DNA of 64,000 bases from IMG/VR virus record IMGVR_UViG_3300045988_121917, positions 1-64,000 of that record; one strand, 5' to 3'. The DNA comes from a virus. The translations under genes were made by a program, and so were the position numbers. Shown here piece by piece: positions 48,940-59,342 of the stretch. Within the stretch, counting starts at the first letter, position 1, and each line of letters opens with the position of its first letter. Under the pieces are notes generated by a model. The model worked only from the letters and a program-made list of their open reading frames with translations. It was not told the DNA's origin and ran no database searches.

Positions 48940-49449
48940 TTAAACATTTATTTTAGTTGCTAATAAAGCAATTTTCTTTTGAAGTAACTGTTTTTCCTCT
49001 TGGCTTGCGCCCTCAATCATTTCGAGAATATCTGCATTAAGTTCTTGCATATATTCTTCAAGTTCTTTTAATTTTTTAGCTTGATCATGATGAAGTTCTT
49101 TGGATTCCATATACATGCGTCTGCGCTCAGGGCTTTTACCTTCACGGCTATCGTATATTTTAATTGGATATTCTCTTTCATCTTCATCTTCGTATCTATC
49201 ATAATAGTCCATAGGTACATTACGTTTTTTCTTACGAATACTTTCTTTATAGTACATTCTCTGAGGTTCTTCATCATCAGATTTTTCTCTCATAGCGTTA
49301 GTGATTGTACAATAATAGATAGCCTGTTCAATATCTTTAATCATATCAATAACTTCGCCTAATTCTTCAGCGTCACAATTCTGAAGATTAGACATTTGAG
49401 ATTGGGCTGCGCTAATTAAGCAATTTTTTATTTCACAAAGTCTTTTCAT
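48940..49449 (-). CDS. hypothetical acidic coiled-coil protein
   Basis: 169-aa ORF, D/E-rich. Confidence 0.45.
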   Translation of the reverse strand: MKRLCEIKNCLISAAQSQMSNLQNCDAEELGEVIDMIKDIEQAIYYCTITNAMREKSDDEEPQRMYYKESIRKKKRNVPMDYYDRYEDEDEREYPIKIYDSREGKSPERRRMYMESKELHHDQAKKLKELEEYMQELNADILEMIEGASQEEKQLLQKKIALLATKINV

Positions 49450-49450
49450 A

Positions 49451-49873
49451 TTAAGCCACCCTTTCTACGATTAGATTAGCATTTTGAACATTAATCGTTT
49501 GATTTGAAGTATTAGTTACCCCAGCTGTTGAACAGCATCCAGTAGGTACATCAATGTATACACATGAAGCTACATTAAAATACTGCTCTACTGCGGCAGG
49601 GGTAACAATCATCTGGGCAGTGCGAACTGCTTCACCATCTATAGTGATAGTTAATGAGATAGCTTCTGCGGTGCCGCCAGTTGGAACCGCAATATTACCT
49701 GTAAAAGTTACTTTAAATCTTGAGCGGCATTGATTATTAGATAAGCCTCTCATTTTGATATTTCCACTTCCCTCGGTATGAATAATTGAACAATTACCAG
49801 GGATTCTTGTTGTGATAAATACAACATTATCATTTGTATTTACGGTTTGTACTATATTATTAGTTAGTTCCAT
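49451..49873 (-). CDS. hypothetical protein
   Basis: 140-aa ORF, Thr/Asn/Val-rich, several Cys. Confidence 0.45.
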   Translation of the reverse strand: MELTNNIVQTVNTNDNVVFITTRIPGNCSIIHTEGSGNIKMRGLSNNQCRSRFKVTFTGNIAVPTGGTAEAISLTITIDGEAVRTAQMIVTPAAVEQYFNVASCVYIDVPTGCCSTAGVTNTSNQTINVQNANLIVERVA

Positions 49874-49944
49874 ATATAGTCTCCTTTCAGGAATTTAATA
49901 GGTTAGAGGGTTGGCAGACCTTCTAACCATTAAACTAATTTAGA

Positions 49945-50712
49945 TTAAAGTGTACTACATCCGCAGTTATGATATCCAGAATATGGATTAGCAACTGTAT
50001 ATGCAGGAATAGGTGTTGGATTTAAAGCATTAATTAAATAGCTATTTTGAGCTGCTTGACTAGCTTGTAATCTAAGATCAGAATTTTTGGCAGTTAATTC
50101 AGCAATCTTATCATGTAAAGCTTGTGTTTGCATCTCTTGAAGAGCACTTAAAACGCTTCTGGTATTAGCGTTTTGATTTTCCATTAGGTCTCTGGTTGCA
50201 TCAGAAACTGTTCTACGAGTTGAGCACTCTTGGTCTGCTAAATTATAATTTAATTGAGCAAAATTTTGAGCGTCCTCATATCTGCTTTGGCAGCAACACT
50301 GTTGCAACTGAGTTCCTAAGTTAGTAATACCTGCATTAATAGTATTAGTATTTTGCATGTCTGCGATTGATTGCTGAGTAATATTATTATTAACAGCAGC
50401 AAATCCATTTAACATGCCTGTGTTCATGGCATAAAAACCATCACAAACACCACTATTTACGCCATCAATTTTTCTTTCAATGTTGGCGAAATCTGAGGTT
50501 AAAATATAACCGTCTGTAATTCCAGAGCCTGTGGAACCTCCTCCGAAGAGTCCATTTCCATATCCTCCCCATCCTGCAAAGCAGAAAAGGAATAAAATTA
50601 TAATCCACCAAGCTCCATCTCCACCGAATCCAAATCTATTATCATTTCTATTGGCTCCAGTAGCTGCGGCAATGTCGGCTAAACTATAGCCATTTGTTGC
50701 GTTATTGAACAT
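49945..50712 (-). CDS. Gly-rich membrane protein with C-terminal coiled coil
   Basis: TM segment WWIIILFLFCFAGW flanked by Gly-rich tracts. Confidence 0.5.
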   Translation of the reverse strand: MFNNATNGYSLADIAAATGANRNDNRFGFGGDGAWWIIILFLFCFAGWGGYGNGLFGGGSTGSGITDGYILTSDFANIERKIDGVNSGVCDGFYAMNTGMLNGFAAVNNNITQQSIADMQNTNTINAGITNLGTQLQQCCCQSRYEDAQNFAQLNYNLADQECSTRRTVSDATRDLMENQNANTRSVLSALQEMQTQALHDKIAELTAKNSDLRLQASQAAQNSYLINALNPTPIPAYTVANPYSGYHNCGCSTL

Positions 50713-50738
50713 ATTAATGTCCTCCTTTTTAAAATATA

Positions 50739-50987
50739 TTATTTAATCCCAAGCATTTGCTTAAAGGCATTAAATTCTTTATCAAAATCTTTACCATTTT
50801 GACTACATATATTTCGAGCGATTTGTTCAATATCTGCACTTCTATTCTGCTTTGCTAAAGACAATAGATTAGCTCCCATTGGAGTATTTTGCATTTGTTG
50901 CTCTAAAATATTCATTACTAACTGTTGAGGATTCTGGCCTCCTTTAATCATTTGAATTAATTGCATTGGGTTAATATTCATTGGCAT
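50739..50987 (-). CDS. hypothetical protein
   Basis: 82-aa ORF. Confidence 0.4.
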   Translation of the reverse strand: MPMNINPMQLIQMIKGGQNPQQLVMNILEQQMQNTPMGANLLSLAKQNRSADIEQIARNICSQNGKDFDKEFNAFKQMLGIK

Positions 50988-50998
50988 AAGAATTCCTC

Positions 50999-51424
50999 CT
51001 AAAACTTAATATCTTCTTTTTTGACTGGTTGCGGCGAAGGAACTGAAGGAGTAGTATTTTGCGGCGCTTGCTCTGGTACCTGGCCCGCAAATATAGCTCT
51101 TATTTTTTCCATTTGTTCATTAAATTCATCTCTTGTTATATAATCTGTCATTTGTGGCTGTGCAGTTGGTTGTTGTAATATTTTTAATTCATACACATTA
51201 ATTGATGCGGTTCCATCTAAGTTAATTTGTTTAGTATAAATTTGTTTATTCGCTATATCTGGAAAAATAAAAATAGAGCCATCAAAGTCTATTGGAATGG
51301 CTTTAACCTCTTCAATGGAAGAAACTGGCCTGCCTTTTAGGTACAAAATACCTTGGTTTTGCATTGGTGGTTGCTGTCTAATAGGTTGTTGATTCTGCGG
51401 GAAGTAATTGTAGTTAGGATACAT
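50999..51424 (-). CDS. hypothetical Gln/Pro-rich protein
   Basis: 141-aa ORF. Confidence 0.45.
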   Translation of the reverse strand: MYPNYNYFPQNQQPIRQQPPMQNQGILYLKGRPVSSIEEVKAIPIDFDGSIFIFPDIANKQIYTKQINLDGTASINVYELKILQQPTAQPQMTDYITRDEFNEQMEKIRAIFAGQVPEQAPQNTTPSVPSPQPVKKEDIKF

Positions 51425-51550
51425 TTTTTAATCCTCCTTCTTAAAATTATTTTTCTTTCTTTCCTTCAATAGTATGTAAAATTTTTACTAACTATCTTAA
51501 TATGAAAAGTCCAGTCTTTTTTAATCTTTTTTTGTACTACAAAATTAGAC

Positions 51551-51590
51551 AAAAAAAAATAGGGGTACAGAATATACATTCTGTACCCCT
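51551..51590 (-). terminator. rho-independent terminator (minus strand)
   Basis: AGGGGTACAGAATATACATTCTGTACCCCT hairpin. A9 on + means a T-run on -. Confidence 0.8.
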
Positions 51591-51595
51591 TATTT

Positions 51596-52006
51596 TTATT
51601 TAGATTCAATAGTTGTTTTATTTTTATTAACAGCCGCTTCAATTTGTTTTGTAATGTATGTATTCAAATCACCATAGATTGCTGTCAAGTATTCTTTCGC
51701 TTCGTCATTTAAGATAGAAAGAACTGCAGTTAAGGTCATATTAAATGCTTTTTTCTGAGCTTCGGCATCGAATTTTCCTTGAGCTTTTAAGCTATCTACA
51801 TATGTTTGATTTGTAGCAATTACACAATCAGTAATTGTTTTTGACAACATTGTAATATATTTTGCGGCTAAAGCATTATCATTTTGCTTAATTAAAGCAT
51901 CTTTTTTTGTTGCGATATACTGTACTAAGTAAGCTGTTAAAATTCCCAATAATGGGATTACACATACTTCAAAAATTTGTGATAACATTTGTAAAAAATT
52001 TTCCAT
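51596..52006 (-). CDS. holin-like protein (single N-terminal TM, amphipathic C-terminus)
   Basis: 136 aa, TM VCVIPLLGILTAYLVQYIA, located next to the tail fibre gene. Possibly LL-H-type holin family. Confidence 0.35.
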   Translation of the reverse strand: MENFLQMLSQIFEVCVIPLLGILTAYLVQYIATKKDALIKQNDNALAAKYITMLSKTITDCVIATNQTYVDSLKAQGKFDAEAQKKAFNMTLTAVLSILNDEAKEYLTAIYGDLNTYITKQIEAAVNKNKTTIESK

Positions 52007-52017
52007 AATTATTCCTC

Positions 52018-55000
52018 CTATTTAACTTTAATCCAAATTCTTCCATTAACTTTTACGTTTCCTGTGCCCCAAACTTCATACTCTGGAATTTCAGAAACTG
52101 TACCAACAATACGGTCTGGATATTCTCTGACTTCTTCACGAGTCATTTTTGAAATAGTTCCATTAGGTCCAGAACAAACTGGGTCACCAGCTTGATATGA
52201 ATCTCTATCTTCATAAGGATAAGCTAATACCCTACCTGAGACCGCAATTGGTGTTTTAGTTTGTTCAGTTTTTCCAATCGCAAAGCCAAAAGTATCTGAT
52301 ACTATATTTGCTCCTGGCTGAAGACGTTTAGTTGATTGAACCAAATCTCCTAGGCCAGTTTCAATAACACATTGGCCTGGTTTAATATTTATAGTATTAC
52401 GATATTCGGCATAGTCATTCCATACTGCGCCATAAACTTTTCCCGCATACACACTAGTAGTATTATAACCTGCATGACCATTTCCAAAATAATAACTATT
52501 GATAGTTGATGAACTGTTTCTACTCCAAGATTGATAATTAATCCATATATCTCCAGAATACGCATCTGGAATAAAATTAAATTCTTTTCCGCCTACTAAA
52601 AAATCATGACCATGTTTTGCAACTAAACCACTATTATTAATTAAAGCTCCAGTCATTGTGTCACCAGATTTTTTAACATAATTACCATTAAGCGTTCCAG
52701 TATAATTACCAGTTGTAAGAATTCTATTCCAATTACCCCAAGCTGTTGCACTTGTACCAATACGAGTCCAAAGATTACCATTTGCAGTATAAGCTATTTC
52801 AATTGGATAACCACCAGACAAATCACCGCCTAAACCGTAGCTTCTCCAACTTAATAAACCAATATATGAACCTCCATCAGATAGACTATAAGTACCATTC
52901 CCTTTAAAATTTAAAGTCATACCTCTTGGAGTATCTTGTGGAGTTCTTGTTGCACTTCTAGTGTCATAAGAATCTAATCTAGCTGCTCTAGCAGCCTCTC
53001 CATTAAGATATCCATTAAATTGAGTTGCAGTAACCTGACCATTAAAATATGCAGTTCCATTTACATATAAATTATAGTCCGCAGTATCTGCATCTCTAAC
53101 AGCTCTATTGATGTATAAAGCATTATGATGTATTTGTACAGCTGGAATTACACCTAAAGAATTCCATTTTGTTTTATTACTTGGTCTAATTCCATTAACA
53201 AATATCCATCCTGCATGAGCATACATATTTGCAAATACTACAGATTCTCTGTTAGGAGTAGAGTAATAAACGCCTGATTCTAAACCTCCAGTAACGCCAC
53301 CATGATCAGCTTTTCTCCAAGTTAAGCTACAATTTCCATCTCCTATATTCACATTTCCATTTGCTGGTGCTAAAAGAATGTCTCCATAAGAGGTAGCTAT
53401 TTTTAAATGAGTACTAGATTTAAAAGTATTATCGATATTTCCATTAAAAGTAATAATAGCTCTTTGAGTATTATTACTAGCATTGAATCTAATATGAGAT
53501 TCATCTCCAGTAGATTCATTACCATAAATATTAAAATCACGATAAATATGACCGCTTCTCCATCTACGATTACTTAAGCCAAGATCCATTGCATTTGTTG
53601 AATATGGAGATATATAATTTGTGCTTCCATATAAAACATAACTATCTCCTGAAGTAGAAGTCTCAGAATTAGTAGTGCGTTTTCCCCAATACCAATTTCC
53701 ATCATTATTAACGCATAATCCATACCCTAATGTATTCGTAGATAATAAGATAGATACATGATCATTACCTTTAAATACAGTAGCTAATCTATGTCCGCCA
53801 ATTCCCCAAGCATTATTTGAATTGATATTTATTGAAACAGCTTTTGAATTATAGTTACGAATAAAATTGCTATCAGTCATATGCCAGCCACCGCCATAGG
53901 TCTCAGAATACCATCCTCCAGTTCCGATACTTCTAAACCAACTATTTGAATATACTTCATGCCAAGGATATCCAATCGTTCCTAAATTTCCATCTGTTGA
54001 AGCAACAGTTTTATTAAAAATAAAAGGAATATTTGCGCTATTATATAAATGACACCAATTAGAGTTTTGAGAACCTATTGTAATAGTATTTCCATTAGAA
54101 CTAATCTGTAATAGTCTTGGAATTTCAGCATTGCTTTTTGTGGTAGAAATTAACCAAGTTGAAACTCCACCAACATTAGTCCAAATTCCCATTCTACCAT
54201 TTGTAGCATCTAAATGAATATGTCCAGTACTATTATAAACATCTACAAATCTCTCACTTGTATCATTTGCTTTAATACATAAGTGACCAGTCATGGTATC
54301 GCCAGTTTTTAAAACATATCTACCATCTAATGTATAGGTATAATTATCAACATCTAATACTTGAACCCATTTAGAACCTACCACATTTCCACCTCTAACA
54401 ATTTTATAATAAATACTTTTATCATTAAAGGGAATTGCAACATCTGTATAATAATTATTTAATTGATTAGTATGTCTGTTTCTTAATATGTACCACCAGG
54501 CACTTGACGGAGTGTCATTAGTATCTACGGCAGCTCCAGCAGTACCACTTATATTCAACCAAGTTAATCCACCTACATCTCCAGAATTTGTACTACTATT
54601 TTCTCCTAATATACCATGAAAACATGATTTATTTGGTATAGTAAGGTTTCCATCTATGTAAGAAGCTCCATTAACTCGTAATCTATAAGCAGAATCATTT
54701 GAGTTGTAGTTATATCCAATATTAGTATATTGAAACCATGAATAACCATCTATATTAATAGCCCAATTATTCGCTCCAGAATGAGAACAAATGTCTTGTG
54801 TAAAAACCCAATTAGAATTATCTGCATTTCCAAGATATAATGGTTGTGTAGAACGATTCATTATACGAGTTGCACCAGATAATTGTCCTGCAACATCTGC
54901 GGTTCCATTAAAAGGCTGTCCCCAAATATTTCTGGTATTTAATAATTTAGTTGCTGCATAGCTACTATTTGGTTTATCAATTGAGGCAGTTACATTTTCT

Positions 55001-58000
55001 AAAGTAGTAACAAAGTCAATATTCCAATTAAAGCACCATTGTTTATATTCATAATTTTGAAAACCTACAACAACATCATGAATTTGAATTTGTGGATAAC
55101 TCCAACTAGTTGCAACATCTCCAATATAAATGACACTATTAGAAGCTGTTTCTCCATAATAAACGGGTAAATTAGATTTTGATAAGTCCCCATTATATCC
55201 TATAGAATAAGCAGTGCATTGACTCCATACACCATCATAATAATTATACCCTTTAATAGTATATTCACAACTTGTATTTGTAGAATAATTATAAATAGAA
55301 ACTTTAAAACCTAACATCGTATTAGAACGTCGTTGTGGTAAAGTAATTCTTAAATATCCTGTTTTAACATCAGCTGTAGTTACATAACTTCCTCCGTCTG
55401 GAAAAGCAATAAAGCTACTTTTTCCAACCGCACTAAAAGCTGCATAACCCTTATTATTAATAGAAGCAACATTGGTATTACCAGTTCTAAAAATCCATCC
55501 TCTATTAGAAGTGCTATTCATAGTAAAATAAGTTGCCCAATCATTGCAAACAGCTCCATGAGAGTCAAATGTATCAACTCCTGCAAAAGCAATTCCATAA
55601 GTAGGAAGTGAACCAGTTCCTCCATAGCCACCTCCATATAAAGAAATACCTTTTCCAGTATTAGAAGCTGTATTTGTAATTCCAATATGAGTTGCATATA
55701 ATGTATCAGAAAAATATCCAGTACCAGAAACTATTAAACGATGATTTGAATTAGCATCTGTGCCTATTCCAACTTGGCCATTTTGATTGATTCCAATAGC
55801 AATTACATCTGAATTACCTCGATTATCAGCATATAATCTTAATAGATTGCCTACTTCAGAACCAGTTCCAATATATTTTAATCCATATCCATAATATTGC
55901 TTAGTAGAAGTTCCAGAACCAATTTGCCATAACCAATTATCAGTATTATTTCCATTCATCCAAATTACTGGATTTTGATTATTAGCAGTAAAGTTTTTAT
56001 AAATACCACCTGAATTTGCCAATGGCTCAATAATTCCATTATCTCTAATAACTAATAGATTTTTCCAAGTAGATGCAGAATCTTCACTTTGTTGAAAAGT
56101 AAATACAGGAGTATTTGCAGTTGAATCATCTGTTGTTAATAATCTTTGTCTATATGTATCTGAGTCCCAATAAATACTTGTTCCTGCTCTAGTCATATAT
56201 ATATCATTAGCTACTCTTATATTACCTTGAAATAAAGAATCACCTTTAACATAAAAAGTATAACTTCCTACAGGAGAAGTATCTCCAATAGATACTTGAG
56301 TTGAACTGGCATAATGATGAGAAGCTTGTATTGCATTAGCTCCATTAGTCCATACTAATCTATTTGCGGTTTGTCCATATAAATTAAGATTAGTTACATA
56401 AAGAGTTCTCCATGCTAATGCTTGTGTACCTAAATCATATGCGTTAGTTTGGTTAGGATTTACATGGCTATTAAAAGTAAAATAACCTCCACCCTCCTTT
56501 ACAAAACGCATATTTCCATTATCAGAAATATCCGTTTGAATATATCCATATCTTTTAGAAGAAGTATCTCCTTTTGCAGTATACCATCCAATCCAATTAT
56601 CTCCAGATAAATATTTATTACCAAACCATCCTGCATTAGCTCTAATAGTTGCTGTGCCAGTACCACTACCAAAAATAAAAATTGATGGAATTTCTTTAGA
56701 ATCTTTTTTTCTATATCCAAAATAAACAGTATTAGAATTATTTGTTCCGCCAAAATTTATTTCATTATTAAATTCCGCATAAACTTTCATAGTACCAGCA
56801 TCTGAAGTAAAACCACCTAAAGCTTTTACTCCACCAGCAGTATTTATAGAATCAGAATCTGTATTTTCTACAGCAAATTTTTTTCCACCATAAATTCTAA
56901 CATAACTGTTGTCTTTCATATAAATACCGCCGCCATGAGCGGAATTTTGCCATCCTGTAGAAGATGTATTTGAGAAAAACCAGCCTGAAGAAGTCACATT
57001 GAAAAAATTTGGATTAGTCTTTGCATTAGCTGTTGTAGAAACTTTAACATCTGCCCAATAATAATTATTTATATAAGAGGTATAATTTGAAGAATCTAAA
57101 ACTGTACTCCAAGTTTCATCCCAAATAGAATCACCTTTTTCGCCAGCTTTTGCGCCTCTTATTGCCATATGCGGTTTAGCATCTGTAGTAATCGCTAATT
57201 GAGCGCCCCATCCAGAACCATCCCAACCAAAAGTCAAAACATGTGAATCTCCTACTGGAGGCTTTCCCGTTTTTGTAATTGAACTGGCTAATGAATAAGT
57301 TACTCTACTTTGATATTTATCTGAATTTATTTGATAGTTAATGTTTTCTTGTCTATTACTTGGATTTAAAAATAAGCTATTTGCTCTACTGGCCACAGTT
57401 GCGCTATCTGCGTTACCTTGAAATCTTGTAGATTGAATTAAATTAAAACCAGAAATACTTGCTGGCAAAATTAACTCCAATAAAGCTCCAGTTAATTTAG
57501 TAACTACACCTGTTTCACCAGTAGTTGCATTAGCAATTTTACTAATTTTAAAAGTAACATCATGATCTAATCCAGCTGTACTTACAGAATGAGCAACCCT
57601 AAAATTAGATGGATTATAAACGTACATATCTGTACCATTTTCTCCACCCCATAACCAAGTTGGTTGTCCACCTTGGCCGCTCCAATTGAATGTCATAGGT
57701 AAAGAAGTATTTCCACCTCTACCTAATTTAGCCGCTACAGTTGAAGTATCAGCATTGCCTTGAAAGCGTGTAGCTTGTAATAAATCAAAGCCAGATATTT
57801 TTGTTGGTAAATATAAATCAACTGCGGAACCAGATAAATTAGTCGCAGTACCACTTCCACCTTTAATTGCATCAGCAGTAGAAGCAATCTTAAAAGTTAC
57901 ATTATGGTCTAATTTTGCGCTATCACTGGAATGACCACCGATCCCATTTAAATCATAAGTTTTATCATTAGAACCAGTAATGGTAAAATACCAAACTGGA

Positions 58001-58533
58001 GCACTACCATTTCCTCCCGCAAATCTAACACTTGGTTGGTAATATCTAACAGATATGACACCTTTTGTATTTTCACCACCAAAGGCAATACCAGCACTAT
58101 AATCAGGCTGAAACCAAGCTGGAGCTTTAGCTTGTCCTCTAATAGATTTTAACCAAAAGCCTCCACCATTTTGATTTCCCAATCTTGTCCATTTTAAATC
58201 AGTATCATCATCTGATAAAGTTACAGTAAAATCTTGATGTGCTAATCCATGAGAGTGGTTAGTTGATGTATTTATTTCAATAGTTTCACCGTCTTGAGAA
58301 ATAACTCCTGTTCCTATTACAGAACCAGTTATTTTAATTGGTAAACCAGAAAATTTAACTCTATGGACAGTTCCATTTTTAGTAGCCTTTTTACCATCAA
58401 CAATAGTATCATAGTATATAGAACCATTATTATTTTCATCTATAACAAAATAAATCATACCATTTGTTAATGGCTGATTTGTTGTATTAAAGTCCTTTTT
58501 TAAACCTTGTTTAAATTTAACATAATTTGCCAA
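52018..58533 (-). CDS. giant tail fibre / receptor-binding structural protein
   Basis: 2171 aa, G/N/S/T/Y/W-rich. Internal tandem repeat (HNVTFKIA...ISGFDLLQATRFQGNAD and HDVTFKIS...ISGFNLIQSTRFQGNAD). Own consensus promoter upstream. Confidence 0.65.
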   Translation of the reverse strand: MANYVKFKQGLKKDFNTTNQPLTNGMIYFVIDENNNGSIYYDTIVDGKKATKNGTVHRVKFSGLPIKITGSVIGTGVISQDGETIEINTSTNHSHGLAHQDFTVTLSDDDTDLKWTRLGNQNGGGFWLKSIRGQAKAPAWFQPDYSAGIAFGGENTKGVISVRYYQPSVRFAGGNGSAPVWYFTITGSNDKTYDLNGIGGHSSDSAKLDHNVTFKIASTADAIKGGSGTATNLSGSAVDLYLPTKISGFDLLQATRFQGNADTSTVAAKLGRGGNTSLPMTFNWSGQGGQPTWLWGGENGTDMYVYNPSNFRVAHSVSTAGLDHDVTFKISKIANATTGETGVVTKLTGALLELILPASISGFNLIQSTRFQGNADSATVASRANSLFLNPSNRQENINYQINSDKYQSRVTYSLASSITKTGKPPVGDSHVLTFGWDGSGWGAQLAITTDAKPHMAIRGAKAGEKGDSIWDETWSTVLDSSNYTSYINNYYWADVKVSTTANAKTNPNFFNVTSSGWFFSNTSSTGWQNSAHGGGIYMKDNSYVRIYGGKKFAVENTDSDSINTAGGVKALGGFTSDAGTMKVYAEFNNEINFGGTNNSNTVYFGYRKKDSKEIPSIFIFGSGTGTATIRANAGWFGNKYLSGDNWIGWYTAKGDTSSKRYGYIQTDISDNGNMRFVKEGGGYFTFNSHVNPNQTNAYDLGTQALAWRTLYVTNLNLYGQTANRLVWTNGANAIQASHHYASSTQVSIGDTSPVGSYTFYVKGDSLFQGNIRVANDIYMTRAGTSIYWDSDTYRQRLLTTDDSTANTPVFTFQQSEDSASTWKNLLVIRDNGIIEPLANSGGIYKNFTANNQNPVIWMNGNNTDNWLWQIGSGTSTKQYYGYGLKYIGTGSEVGNLLRLYADNRGNSDVIAIGINQNGQVGIGTDANSNHRLIVSGTGYFSDTLYATHIGITNTASNTGKGISLYGGGYGGTGSLPTYGIAFAGVDTFDSHGAVCNDWATYFTMNSTSNRGWIFRTGNTNVASINNKGYAAFSAVGKSSFIAFPDGGSYVTTADVKTGYLRITLPQRRSNTMLGFKVSIYNYSTNTSCEYTIKGYNYYDGVWSQCTAYSIGYNGDLSKSNLPVYYGETASNSVIYIGDVATSWSYPQIQIHDVVVGFQNYEYKQWCFNWNIDFVTTLENVTASIDKPNSSYAATKLLNTRNIWGQPFNGTADVAGQLSGATRIMNRSTQPLYLGNADNSNWVFTQDICSHSGANNWAINIDGYSWFQYTNIGYNYNSNDSAYRLRVNGASYIDGNLTIPNKSCFHGILGENSSTNSGDVGGLTWLNISGTAGAAVDTNDTPSSAWWYILRNRHTNQLNNYYTDVAIPFNDKSIYYKIVRGGNVVGSKWVQVLDVDNYTYTLDGRYVLKTGDTMTGHLCIKANDTSERFVDVYNSTGHIHLDATNGRMGIWTNVGGVSTWLISTTKSNAEIPRLLQISSNGNTITIGSQNSNWCHLYNSANIPFIFNKTVASTDGNLGTIGYPWHEVYSNSWFRSIGTGGWYSETYGGGWHMTDSNFIRNYNSKAVSININSNNAWGIGGHRLATVFKGNDHVSILLSTNTLGYGLCVNNDGNWYWGKRTTNSETSTSGDSYVLYGSTNYISPYSTNAMDLGLSNRRWRSGHIYRDFNIYGNESTGDESHIRFNASNNTQRAIITFNGNIDNTFKSSTHLKIATSYGDILLAPANGNVNIGDGNCSLTWRKADHGGVTGGLESGVYYSTPNRESVVFANMYAHAGWIFVNGIRPSNKTKWNSLGVIPAVQIHHNALYINRAVRDADTADYNLYVNGTAYFNGQVTATQFNGYLNGEAARAARLDSYDTRSATRTPQDTPRGMTLNFKGNGTYSLSDGGSYIGLLSWRSYGLGGDLSGGYPIEIAYTANGNLWTRIGTSATAWGNWNRILTTGNYTGTLNGNYVKKSGDTMTGALINNSGLVAKHGHDFLVGGKEFNFIPDAYSGDIWINYQSWSRNSSSTINSYYFGNGHAGYNTTSVYAGKVYGAVWNDYAEYRNTINIKPGQCVIETGLGDLVQSTKRLQPGANIVSDTFGFAIGKTEQTKTPIAVSGRVLAYPYEDRDSYQAGDPVCSGPNGTISKMTREEVREYPDRIVGTVSEIPEYEVWGTGNVKVNGRIWIKVK

Positions 58534-58562
58534 AAGGAAAATCCTCCTTTCTCTCTGAGTTA

Positions 58563-58591
58563 ATTATATCATAAAAACGACGTTAAGTCAA
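58563..58591 (-). promoter_or_regulatory. consensus sigma70 promoter TTGACT-N17-TATAAT (minus strand)
   Basis: The reverse complement reads TTGACTTAACGTCGTTTTTATGATATAAT, upstream of the 2171-aa gene. Confidence 0.6.
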
Positions 58592-58648
58592 TTTCATTCT
58601 ATGATATATAAAAACTTGACCAAAAATATTATTATAATTTGGCCTATT

Positions 58649-58688
58649 AAACAAAAATAAGGGGATAAGACAAAATGTCTTATCCCCT
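58649..58688 (-). terminator. rho-independent terminator (minus strand)
   Basis: GGGGATAAGACAAAATGTCTTATCCCC hairpin followed by a T-rich run on the minus strand. Confidence 0.75.
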
Positions 58689-58694
58689 ATATAT

Positions 58695-59318
58695 TTAATA
58701 AGCGTCTTGCCAAAATATATCCATTTGCTTATTAATTTGATCAATTCGTGCGATTAATTGTTCAGTTACAGTATATTCTTTAGTATCAAGAATTCTCTGT
58801 ACTCTGTCATTATCGCCTTCTTCATCTAAGTTAATATCTACTACTAAACTTTGTTTAATCTCAGTTGTAGTTTCGATTGTACTCAGATTATAAGTTAATT
58901 CAGATTTACTACTATCTATACTGTAAAATCGAATTGAATATTTTACTTTACCTGCGGCCGCAGCTACTCGTCCACTAATACACCATGGAATTAGCAACTT
59001 ATCTTCATCAATAAAAGTATCTGCATCATAAAAAGGAACTACATAAAGTCCAGATTTTCCTTCCGCATTTTCATATTGAATTAAACAAGTTGTATTAATT
59101 AAATCCATATGGTCATAATATCTATTTAATTTAAAATAGATAATTTCAGAACGGTGGTCAGCCTCTACACCAAGAGAGGCCGGCCCTTTAATTGTTCTTG
59201 TAGACAAATCAACATCATAAATCGTTTCTGTAGATGGAATTAAAACAGCTAAGCTCGGCTTATTTTGATCTTGAATACGATAGAGTAAATCATAATATTC
59301 CTGCATATTAGTAACCAT
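58695..59318 (-). CDS. structural protein, paralog of a domain in the 59343-61466 protein
   Basis: Shared block DH-SEI-YF...R-YD--DL-N...IPWC/IGWC...RFY with the neighbouring 707-aa protein. Confidence 0.5.
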   Translation of the reverse strand: MVTNMQEYYDLLYRIQDQNKPSLAVLIPSTETIYDVDLSTRTIKGPASLGVEADHRSEIIYFKLNRYYDHMDLINTTCLIQYENAEGKSGLYVVPFYDADTFIDEDKLLIPWCISGRVAAAAGKVKYSIRFYSIDSSKSELTYNLSTIETTTEIKQSLVVDINLDEEGDNDRVQRILDTKEYTVTEQLIARIDQINKQMDIFWQDAY

Positions 59319-59342
59319 GCTTAACCCTCCTTAACTGTTTTA

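Noticed and set aside
58615-58643. Plus-strand TTGACC ... TATAAT near 58615
   Set aside because: The spacer is only about 11 nt, and no + strand gene follows. It is probably a fortuitous match in the AT-rich sequence.
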